DNA from: Guillardia theta CCMP2712
Lineage: Eukaryota; Protista; Cryptophyta
Direction of reading: 5' to 3'
Length of the DNA: 64,000 nt
Assembly: GCF_000315625.1 (NCBI RefSeq)
Contig: NW_005434615.1
Location: 68,852 to 132,851, forward strand
In this document: positions 51,701 to 63,700 of the stretch, piece by piece
Layout: each line of letters starts with the position of its first letter
How positions within the stretch are numbered: position 1 is the stretch's first letter
The notes under the pieces: generated by a model
What the model was told of the DNA's origin: nothing
Databases searched by the model: none
Seen by the model: the letters and a program-made list of their open reading frames with translations, nothing else
Made by a program: the position numbers and the translations under genes

Positions 51701-54700
51701 TCTTTGCTGATTCTGCTTGTTTTGGGTTGGGTTGTGCATTTCTCAGCTTTGAGACAAATTGGATAGAAAGTCAGGCAAGACTTTCAATCAGAATTTTGTA
51801 CGGTTCTGCAGCAGTTGGAGATCTTGTCAACATATTCATCCCTGCTGAAATTGGGATTCGGCTACCTCTCGGAGCACTTTCACAGAATGATGCATCCATC
51901 AGTCTGTCTGTCAGCGCTGCAAGCGGAAATTATGCGAAGAGTCCATTTCATTACTCGGAATCTGTGGGCTACGTGCAATATTCAGAGATCGATTTTGAAC
52001 CAAGAAGAGCTGGCTCCCTCGTCCAGGTCAATCTGCTGGTTGTGCCTGCAATGAACTTGACCAGTGGAGACCAAATTAATGTCCAGCTTCAAAACTTCGT
52101 GCGAGTAGATCCTGCTTCAAGCTCAAACTCTGCTTCAAATTCGTACCTTTTGTCATGGTCCTCACAATCGCAGCAACTTACGATCCAATTACTTACCTCC
52201 TATGCTGCTGGTACAAATGTTCGTTTTGAAATTCTATCTTCCTTCGGGATTACCACCCCCAATGACGGCGTAGCACCAAACTCAATTTTCATCCAAGTTG
52301 TCTCCAAAAGCGGTTATGTGGACTGGGGAAATGTTGGACAAGCTCCAGCCATTGGATCGTTTCTGTTTTCGAAAATCTTATTTGATCCAGCGGTTGCTGG
52401 ATCTGCATCAAACATCAACATTGATCTCCAAACTTCGATGAGCTTTCGACCCAGTGATCAGATTGTTGTTGAAATGAGAGGTTTTCACATCTTGAATAAC
52501 TCCGATGCGTTGGTACAAGAAAGCTGTTTCCGAGTTGTTCCGGAAAATCTATTGGCTGTCAGGATAATTTCAAAGCAGAATCACAGCAATTCGAACGATA
52601 CCAATCAATCTTTGATCAATTGCACTTGCCCTTACGTTTGTCATGAACAAGCAAATGGGATATCTTTGTCACTCGATCTCAAAACTGAGCTGCCTGCACG
52701 GACATCATTCAAGGTGGAACTCCGCGCGTGTGCTGGAATAGTCATCTCTAAGGTTGGTGTCACGGATGCCGATGTCGTGATCAGTACAAATGCTTCTTTG
52801 GGCTTTGTATTAAAAACACACTTCCAGCAATTGACTACAGTTGGCGCCTTTGCAGAATCGCCCGAACTCATGTTTTCAATCTCAAACACTACCAGACGCA
52901 CAGCAATTTCAGTTGCCTTCAGTACAGTGATGACCCTATATTTGAATGATGCCATCGTGCTCTGGCTTCCTCAATTCACCATCAACCGACAAGAAGCGAC
53001 TTCCTTGCAAATGATTGTGGACAATGAAACGTTTGCAGTGAAAAACTATTCCTGGCTTAGTTTTACCAATGATCCATGTATGGGAGGTAAGCTATTCATA
53101 AACGTCCCAACAACGATTCAATCTTGTGTGGGACTTCAAGTTCTTGTTCCGGAGACGTTTGGATTTGTTTTACCTGTTTGGAACACATCGACTTTGAGCA
53201 AAGACTTTAGGATACAGCTCATTTCTGATCGCATGCCAATCCTACCAACTACAGTGAGTAATTATTCACCATTCCAAGACCTGTTCGAAATCTTCTTCAT
53301 TGACTTCACAGGGTATGATCCTGAAACGTGTGGCAGTGTACGGACTATAGAAATCAACTTCAAGGCCAACATAGATTTCCAAGATGGTGATAACCTGCAA
53401 TTGAAGTTGCCTGTGGAGTACGAACTTCTCCCAGGATTTCAGACCCACCCTAAAGCAACTTCGGGTTTCAACATCACGAGATCGAACGATGTCATTGAAA
53501 TCTACTTTACAGAGCTTAAGCCCCATTCAACGCCGACAAGCTTGAGTATCAACACATCCAACCTACTGAGGCTGCCCACAGCTGGACAGGTGGAAAATGC
53601 AAGTATGATTGGAATACAAGCTTCCATTGGAAAAGAAAAGATGTGCATTGTGAGACCTTTGACGAGTCCATATATACCATCGTTGGCTGAGGCATCGGTC
53701 TCTTTTTCTGGTCAAGTGGGAGAGGCAATACAGCTCTCGTTGGAACTAATTTCGAAAATTCTTTTCAACGTCATCGAGTTACACCTTCCCGAATTCACAG
53801 GTGACAGTGCATATCTTCACAATATCAGCTCAGATCCGCCAAACATTTTCAATCTTGGAATTTGGAATGAGTCAACAAAAACCCTCACTCTTTGTGTAAA
53901 ACGGAATGACTCAAACATTTCTGGTTCAATCTTTTCCAGTGAATTGTCGTGTTCTAGTGCACTTTTAGCTTCAGATATTGTTTACAGAATTCGTGTCAAC
54001 AACACAAGAATCAGACTTCCTTACAACGGCGTAAATTCTAAAAGCAACGTCATGATATCTGTACTCAATACGAATCAATTCTCAAATTATCCATGCTTGA
54101 TTCCTGTACAAGTACTAAACCCCATCGGTGCCGTCATTGACACATCCCAAAATTATATCCCGCTCAGTGTCCAGTGTCCATCAGTTTTGGACATGATGAA
54201 TTTCAGCTTTCAATTCACTCCGTTGATGAATTTGAGTAATGGTGACACAGTCAGCTTTTGGATACCGAACGTAAAGCAAAGATATTGCTCTAGCAATAAT
54301 ACTGAGTTCAACTTGTTTGTTAACTCATCATTGTGTGACAAGTGCGTGAATTTCAATTTAATTTGGTCTGACTCTGCAAAAATGTGTCAGCTGCACGTAC
54401 ACGTTTTGAATAGTATTGCAAAAAGTAACAAAATTTCAATTATCAGCTCAACAGCGAATATACTATTTGAACCAACAAATGCCCAAAATGCCATGTTTCA
54501 GATGATGATATCAAGTAACCTGAACGGCAATGTGCAAGCAGTCTCCATTGGTACTTCTCCCGGGTTGATGAAAGCTGTACCAACAAATATTTCTGAACTA
54601 TTTCAGCACTTTGCAGTTGTCTTTGATCCACCAATTGCTGGAAGGCAATGCAATATCTATTTGAAATTTTCAAATGTCGCAACGATGTATCCAGGAGATG

Positions 54701-57700
54701 AAATTGAATTATATCTGCATGACTTTCATGGGAATCAAAGTTGTCTTTGTCGAGATTCAAATGCATGTCCAAACAACTGCATTGTTGACCCTAATTTCAT
54801 TGGCTTGTCATGTTATTGGGGTCAGTCTCTTTGCAAACCAAATGCGGTTGATCAGGTTCATTGGAATCCTCAAAATCAATCATTGAGGTTGACATTGCAG
54901 TCAAAAATTGATGCATTTGCTGATTTGAATATTACTATCCCCTCATCTCTTGGGGTCTTTATCTCCAGGCGCGGTGTAAGCATAGAAACGGTCTCGTTGA
55001 AATTCAATGGCTGCAGTGGGAGGAGTGAATCGACGAAACTGCCCTTGACAGATGTGTCGCTCGTAGGCTCGTTTACTGACACGGTGAGATTAGCCTTTGA
55101 TCCGCCTCAGAGTGACACACAAGCCTCTCTTCGACTTGTGTTTACTCCACAAATGAGAATTACTGAAGGTGACAAAGTCACTTTGCATCTGAATGGATAT
55201 CGGGCACAGTGGCAATCCCTCAACTTGACTGGTTGCTTCTCAAGAGCCCTATGGATAGCAGAGCTGGACAACCTAGTCTTCCACGCAAGCGACTGCAAAG
55301 ATGGGTTGATAGGAGGAACAGAGGTCGTTCTGCAAATTCCAAGGAGTGAGGGCATTTGGCTACCACCGTACACTCCCAACAGTACATATTCAGTCACAAT
55401 GAGTGCTGACTGTGCTGCTGGACCGGTATTGCCATTTACCATTGCTTCTCAGGGCTGTCAGGTGTTGCACAGCATGATAAAATTTCAAAACCCATCAGCT
55501 TTTTCATTCACTTCTCTGGATATTTCATTTTCTTTCTCATGTGGATTGTCTCAAGGAGAGAAAATTTACGTGATTTTGCCTGAATTTACAATCTCAGCAG
55601 CATTGGGCTCGATTTCAGATCCTGTAGGCATGTATCTAACGATGGAAAAAGTGTTGATTGAGCTTGCAGATCTAAAGATCGTTTTGAAGATTGCAAACGA
55701 TATCAAACCGCTTGAAATCATAAATGCTACAATCAGGCAAGAAGTTGGTATTAGAATTCCATCAACTGGCTCAGAGTATTACAAGGCTAGATACTCCTTT
55801 TATACAACTACTTTATGGAACCCAATGCACTTTCTTGATGTCACAACCGTCAAAGGATTACTCCAGAATGTCTCGCTCATTTTCTCTGCCAGAACCATCG
55901 GAGCTGAAACTTCAATTGTTTTGAATTTCTTCAATCAAAACAGCCTTGATATTGGGGATATCTTGATTCTATACCTTGTCAACTTCATCAAGAACCCACA
56001 GGTTTGCTTGTTGTATTCAACCACTCCAGCAAATATTCTTGGAGAGGTGTTATGGAACCCTAGTTCTCATTCACTTGTATCTACTCTCAAGCGTTCCATC
56101 CCCTCGAGGACATGGATTCAAATTGTGATTCCACAGGGAAGTGGATTTCAAATTCCAGCGGACGGCGTAACAGACCAATCTACCAATTCATCGCTGACTG
56201 TGAGTTCACGGACTACTCCAATTCCAAATTTGAATATCACAAACTCATCTCACGTAGGCTTCTTTGAAGTTGCTGAATTGTTGTTCGATTCTTGTTGTAT
56301 CAGTACAATCCGATTGAGGCCAGCAATGATATTGCGTGCAAACGAATACGTGTTCTTCAAACTTGACGGGTTTCGCTCTACAAGCAATGCAACAACACAT
56401 ACCCTGATTTCGGAGATGAAGGTTGGCTCACTGTACAAGGAGAGCATATGGGACTCCTCATCAGAAACCTTGTATGTCAACGTTGCAATGGATATTCCTC
56501 CCGGTACAGATATTCTGTTGAATTTTACAGATTTGCGTTTGGAAGTCCCGATCGTTGGGGTAGATGTGAACAGCACTCGAATGGTTTTGGGGACGAACGC
56601 AAGAGCTGGACCTGTTACTCATCAATATTTTGTCAATCCTCGGCCCGCCACCGGCATTTTCCAAGTGCTTCCCAAGATTTCATTTAATCCTCTTTGGGCT
56701 GGTAGCGTTACAACCATGTACCTTTCGTTCTCGTTGAATCAACCGGCAGAGCGAAATCTTACCCTGGATTTCTTGCTCGAGGATTTTGAAGCTGTGGAAC
56801 AAACATACGTCAACAACGATCGAGGCTTCAAATTAGAAATTGTGAAAAGAAATGCGACGGTGCACCTAGTTTTCATGTTTACACATTCACAATCAAATGA
56901 ATCTATAACGTTGGACGGAAATGCAATTGGTTTGAAATTGCCAAAGAAGGGTATTCCACAGAGTAAGGCAAAGATTTTGATGCGATTGTCTTCCAATAGC
57001 ACAGCAGCTGAGTTATGGTTGGACATAGACCCAGTAGGTGCTTTGAGTACTGCCTTGTCCCTTGGGTTCAATCCCAAGGTTGCAGGTCAACCTACTTCAA
57101 TCAACGTAGAGTTTGCTCTCAACGGTCGGCTGCTTCCATCAGAGAGCATTTCCATATTGTTTCCAAAATTTGTTGGACCTGATTTGCAACAAATTGAAGC
57201 AGGAGGTGCCTCAAGTTCATTTTTCCATGTTTTGTGGACCCAAAGCTGCTATAGCTCTCCTGCCCTAGTCCTAGTTGTCAAGGACGCTGTAACACTCGAG
57301 GCGAATTATCCCATTCATATCTTTATCAACCAAAGCTTTGGGATCAAGCTTCCAATGGCAGGATTACAACGAAACACGCAGACGAATGCGCGCAGGAGAC
57401 TGCTTGAGGATCCAGCTGGCTTTAGTCTCTTGACAGACTCAACTTCTGGGGCTATTATTTCCGGCACTCCTTTGTCAAATGTCCAATACCCTGCTGTAGG
57501 ATCTCTGGCTAATCTGACAATGTCCTTTCAGGCAACCAACATAATGGCAGGTAGCCCTGTTGCGATCAAAATCAGTTTTGTACCCTCCATGGAGCTCATT
57601 CAAAACGATAACATCAGCTTATCCTTGCCTGGCTTCTCATCGAATTCGGATGTTATATACCTCCGAGGCATCAATGGAACTGCAAAGTGGCTGCCAAATC

Positions 57701-60700
57701 AAGAATTGCTAGTGATAACTGTCTCTGGTGTTGCACAATCAAGTAAATTTTACGAGATCTTGCTTGGAGTTGACGCATTAAATGAATATCAATTCATCCT
57801 GCCAGTTGACGGTGTACAACAAGATTCTTCCAAATTTATGGTTGATGTCAAATCGGCGAATGGTGACATTTCTTGGACACAATTTCAAAAAGTTTCAGGC
57901 ATCGGAGCTTTTGTCATTTCCTCAATCGCTTTTGATGCTCCGATTGCTGGTTCAGCTTCAAATATCACTTTGGTATTAAAACCTGCAATGAACATTGCTG
58001 TAGGTGACGTGATCTTACTCAATTTGCCTTCTTTTGGGGGGAAATTTTGCAGCAACTTCAGATATTCTTGGAATTTGAAGTATGCAAGGGGAAATTGGAA
58101 CCCATTTGAAGCTGTATTACAGTTCACTTCCCCCGAATCTGTTCTCGCTTACAACTCGATCCAAATCAGGGTTATGGCTGCAACCTGCTCTATTATCATT
58201 CCCAAGAATGGGATTTCTGCAGGTACAGAATCAATCCAAGTAAGTACTTCGGCATCGACTGGGCCAGTTCTTCCTACTCCTGTACAGGTTGTGCCTCCCA
58301 TCGGGTCCTTCCTCGACTCCAGCAGCCTCGCTTTTGATCACAACGCTTCTGCAGCAGAGGTCAGCACTTTGTTGTTGAGATTCCGAGCCAGTATGTCAAT
58401 CTTCATCGGGGAGGTTGTGACTCTCCATCTTCCTGGCTTCCAGCAGGAGCGCCAAGTCCCCGTTGTTTTTTCCAGTGTTGAGTTTTCGGCAGCGAGCTGG
58501 CAAGCATCTTCGCAGTCACTCATTTTCACGGCTGGGGAAAACATCACAGCGGGGACACTGTGCAATGTTACTGTTCTGCGTGACGCAATGATACGGTTGC
58601 CTTTGGACGGAGTACGGGTCAATCAAAGCAGTCTGAAACTGAGCACCAATGCACGGCAGGGGCCCATCTTGCCAACGAGCATCTCATTGGTCCAGCCTGT
58701 AGGACACTTTGTACAATCTGAGCTGTTGTATGATCCTGCAATAGCCGGCAGATTCACGAACATCATATTGCGCATGAAACCTGCTATGGCTTTGAAACGT
58801 GATGACGTTTTGTTGGTCGATTTTCCTTTTTTGCTGTACTCACCTTCGTTTGACGGCAATTTTTCATCAAGCTTTGTCTACCAAACATCTCGGAATATTT
58901 CATTTTCTTGGCAAGATGCCACGTTGAGGATGCAGTTTGATGAAGGTGTTCAACCATTGAACCAGGTTGACATATTTATCATGAGCAATACTACATTTCA
59001 GATTCCTCCTGCAGGAATCAGTCGTTCATCTCAGCCTAGGTATCTTCTGAGTGCAACGGAGGGGCCGATCCCGTGGACCATATTTGCACCACCGCCATTG
59101 GTCGGTGCTTACAAGGAAGCACCAAGTATCACTTTCACTCCTTTGATTGCAGGCGCTGTATGCAATCTGACATTAAATTTTTCGGTTGTGTTTGACTTGG
59201 ACAAAAATGATTCATTACATGTTTATCTGCCTCGATGGAGTCCAACACAGCGTGTAGTTGTTACTTCAGATGCAGCAAGCTTCGCTGTGCGAGCTGAAAT
59301 GGGACAAATAATTATCATTTTGAACAGTACGATTCCAAAAGAAAAATTAATTACTTTTTCGGTGCAGGGTTATCGAATACCTGTTGAAGGAATCCCAGAC
59401 TTGAGATTATATGATCTCATGTTAGATGTAGTGTCAAAAAATGGGGTGATCCTGCCCTCAAGGATTTCGAATTATCCTTTTGTCGGATATTTCAAACATT
59501 CCGAGATTACATTTGATAATCCCAGAGCAGGACGACAGACGAATATTCAAATTAGTTTGTTGCCGGGAATGGCTTTGCAGCAGAAGGACACGATCACAGT
59601 ATTGCTTCACAAATTCCTGTATTCTGGGGAACAGATGATATGGAATTGCTCATTCGGATTCCAATGTGATATTTCAATGAAAAGCATGACCGACTCAATG
59701 AAAGATTGTTATCTTGTTGTAAAGAATGTATCAGTGATCAAAAATATTGGAGGACAGAACAAAACCGTCTTTGTAGAGACAAATGTCACGGAATGCCCTC
59801 AAACTCTAGCACTGAAAATTCTTACTTTGAATGGATCTCCGCTCCAAACACCGGAATGGATAAATATATCTATAGAAGGTATGAATGTTTCATTGCCCTT
59901 ATACGGGGTTCGTGGCAATATTACAGTTGAATCAGATGCAGTCTTGGGTATCGTATTGCCTACAGAGTTCATCAAGCTTCAGAAGGTTGGAGCACTTTTT
60001 CCTGGAGCAAAACTTTTGGTCAATCCGACTTCAGCCGGCGTGTTAGTGAACATAAGTCTTCAATTCCAGGCAAGCATGCAGTTTCAGATCAATGATGAAG
60101 TTGGTTTGACCCTTCCTGGATTCTCGGGAGATTCAGGAAATGTTGTGATTTTGTCTGACTATGCAGAAACAGGATATTTCAACAGTATGAAACACACACT
60201 AAAATTTTCGATAAGCAAACCAATAACTGCTTCCTCTATTGCCCGCTTCGACATGGTCACTGGCACGACTTTGAAGTCGCCCGTGGAAGGAATTAGAAAG
60301 GTTCAAGCAGACATAACCATCGAAACGAACGCTCTGGATGGCTCTATCCTACCAATTGCTGTAGAATTCGTACAACCGATTGGTTCATTTGTGCTCTGCC
60401 AAATTGACTGGCAAGATGAGCCAAGGGTTGGTCAGCCTGTTGCCTTTGCAATCAAATTCATACCGCGTATGCAAATTCTCGTAGACGAATATATATTTGT
60501 TTCGTTGACATCCTTCGGGTCTGATACCATGACAGTGAATGCTTACCAAAACTTGCAATGGAATCCTGGAAGCAGATTGCTGAGTATAAGAGTAGTGAAT
60601 CCCTTTAGCAATAACGAACCGGCGATCATCAATGTTTCAAAGCACCTTGGAATCAAGTTACCGTACAATGGCATTGAAATCAACTCAAGTTTGATTAATT

Positions 60701-63700
60701 TGTGGACAAATGCGTCAGAGGGGCCAACAGGTGCAACAAGTGTCGAAGTTTTGCAAGCTATCGGTAACATCAAATCGTCCCTTAAACTTCATGTTGACAG
60801 CTTGAAAGGGTATGTTAATTTGAACTTCACTTTTAGTCCATCCTTCGATCTCACAAGTAGTGATTCTCTTTTTATTGCACTTGGAGGCTTCCTGGGTGAC
60901 TGCGAGGGTGATCTGGTCCCTTACCTCGCCTTCGACTCCTCCGTCTTTAACCTCTCCTCTGCTCTCTGCAATACGACAAATGTTGCTGTATCTCTGAGCC
61001 TACAGATAGGATCCGCCATCCCCAAGGGCACATCCATTTCGTTCATGGTCAGCAAGTCTGCAGGAATCCAGCTCCCAGCAGCAGGCCTCACAACCTCGGC
61101 AGACTTGGACAAGGTGACTATCCGAGCGGATGCCAAGGCAGCGTTAGTGTTCGAGACACCCTTCTTGTGGACAGGCGGCAGCATCCAACGCGTGGGAACC
61201 TTGCAGCAGTCAAGCATCAGGTTTGATGGCACAGACTGCTCGAGCATAGAATTGTCAAGCATCAGTCATTCTTGCATCCGTGCAGGCAGCATTGTGAATG
61301 TGAAGGCGTCGTTCACAGCTTCGACACCGTTCCAAGCCAATGAATCCTTCACGCTGTGTATGCCTGGCTTCCGAGGGCCGGAAAATGTCTCGTACATCTC
61401 TCTGACCAACTCGAGCGTCGCGATCCGGAACAACAGAGCGCTGTGGGACCCTGCCGGGTGTGATGGGGCAGCCTCACTATCGTTCGTGTATCGCGACAGC
61501 ATTGCAGCCAACGTGCGGAGCTGCGTGGCGATCTCGTCTGACGCCGGCATCAGACTACCGACACTGGGAGTCAGTTATGCGACTGGAATTTCTCTCATGC
61601 CGAAATCTCCTTCCGTTGATGTCGTTGCCCCTACATTCGTACAAAGCGTGCAAAGTGTTGGAAAGTTTATCGTTTCTTCCATTTCGTTCGAGAATCCTCA
61701 AGCTGGTGCTCGCTCAAGAATGAACTTGACTCTTGTTTCAAGTTTGGATATCACCGCTGATGCATTTTTTCAATTGAAACTACCTTCATTCGTGGTTGAA
61801 GATACCTCATACTCCATTAATGGCTTCTCGGCAATCCACAATGGCAGTTGGTCTAGCACGAGTAGTCTGCTATCTTTCTCATTACCAGCATCAAGCAAAA
61901 ATAGCACTGTTCTAGTTCTATTCAGAGAGGTCCAGATTCCAAATGAGGGATTGACCATGCGTACACCTAAATTAGAAATAGGAACAAACTTTTCAACTAG
62001 TGCGGTATGCTTTGCCGAGATCAATGATGTTCCGGCGATATACCAGACAGGAAACTTTTCGTTGTTTGAGATTTTGTTCAGCCATCCGCAGGCACTCTCT
62101 CACACCAATATTTCCATTCGATTTCAGGCTGAGATGACCATCTTTCCTGGTTCTATCATTCACATTCTTTTCCCCGGATTTGTGCATGAAGATCGTAGCA
62201 TAAACGTGCAAAACACACCTTTCAGTGACATACAATGGATTCAAACAGACTCTACAGTGCAACTGATAGTTGACAAGATTATTGACAGCATGGAAATTAT
62301 CACTATGGATATTAATGTAAACTTTTTAATTCCTGGAATTGGAGTTCAGAAATGTGGGGTTTTAGTATTCATCAATGCAACTTCCGGACCCATTCAGCAT
62401 GGAATCTGTCCTCAGATTAATCCGATTGGCGCTTTCTTGCACACGAACATGAGCTTTATACCAGCTGCAGCAGGAAAAGAAGTTGAAATAGGGCTTCAAT
62501 TCAATGTTCAAATGAAAATACGGCCAGGAGAAAGCATCTTCTTGAAGTTACCATCCTTCATGCGTAATACGCAGAAATTGAATGAGACTTATGGACTGAC
62601 TTGGAAGCACGTTGGACAAAATCTATCAACTATTGAAGGTCAATGTATCCTCGCATCATGGAATAGCAGCTCGTACCTGCTCCGACTTGAAGTCTGTCTT
62701 CAGGACATCCCCGCAAAGGCCGATGTAGAGATTGTGATCCCTAGCTCATTCGGGCTTCGACTGCCGTCGTTGGGCCTCATGCAGAATCAAGAAAGTCTGA
62801 TGATCTCATGCGATGCTGAGGCTGGAAAGGTACCGCCGACATCGATACAGGAGACTTCTGGGGTTGGATATTTCACGAGGACGAGCCTAGGCTTCTTGGA
62901 TGCGAACGATCAAGGAGAGCGTTTCGTGCAAGCAGGCAGGGTCGTGCGACTGGTGCTTGAAGTCGAGATCGGAATGAAGCTGTACCCAGATGACGAGCTC
63001 GTACTGGGATTACCCGGATTTATGTTGACAGCTACACCAACCGATCTCACCATCAACGCATCGTCAGGCAATGAGTCCAGCCCTGCTTTCCATGTGTCAA
63101 TCCAACCTGCATCCAACGAGGTGGTGTTGACAAGCATCACGGAGGTCGAAGGAAACACCTTCCTCACCTTTGTCTTCCCTTCGACGTATGAGATCATGCT
63201 GCCTCAGACAGGCGTCGCACCGAACCAGCAGGACCTTACTTTAGAAGCGCGCTCTTCCTCACGGCCAGTGGCCCCAACACCCTTCGGTACCGTACAGCCA
63301 GTCGGCGCATTCTTGAATGCGTCGCTATCATTCGACCCGCCTGTTGCAGGATCGAAGGCAAACCTTTATCTCAATTTTACTTGTTCGATGGAGATATTAG
63401 CCAACGAGTCGATCGCAGTAAAGCTTCCTGACTTCTCGAGCGATCTTTCGAGCATGATCTTGCAAGACGCTATCGAGGGAGTGATCGCAAACGCAACCTG
63501 GGACGGGAGTGCGAACCAGCTCACTCTTGTGTATCTGAATCACACCAGGAGGAACCAGGGGTTCAGCTTCGAGATATTGCAGATGTTTGTGCTGCCGACA
63601 CTAGGAGTGAGGAGGAGCTACAACAACATCAGCGTGAGCACGGAGGCAAGACTTGGCCCTGTTCATGAGAGCAGACAATTTGTCGTCAACTATTTTTCTG

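Noticed and set aside
37240-58736. Duplicated segments as transposons, LTRs or a CRISPR-like array
   Set aside because: No terminal inverted repeats, target-site duplications, transposase/RT or repeat-spacer structure. The copies are in-frame parts of the protein's own repeat unit.
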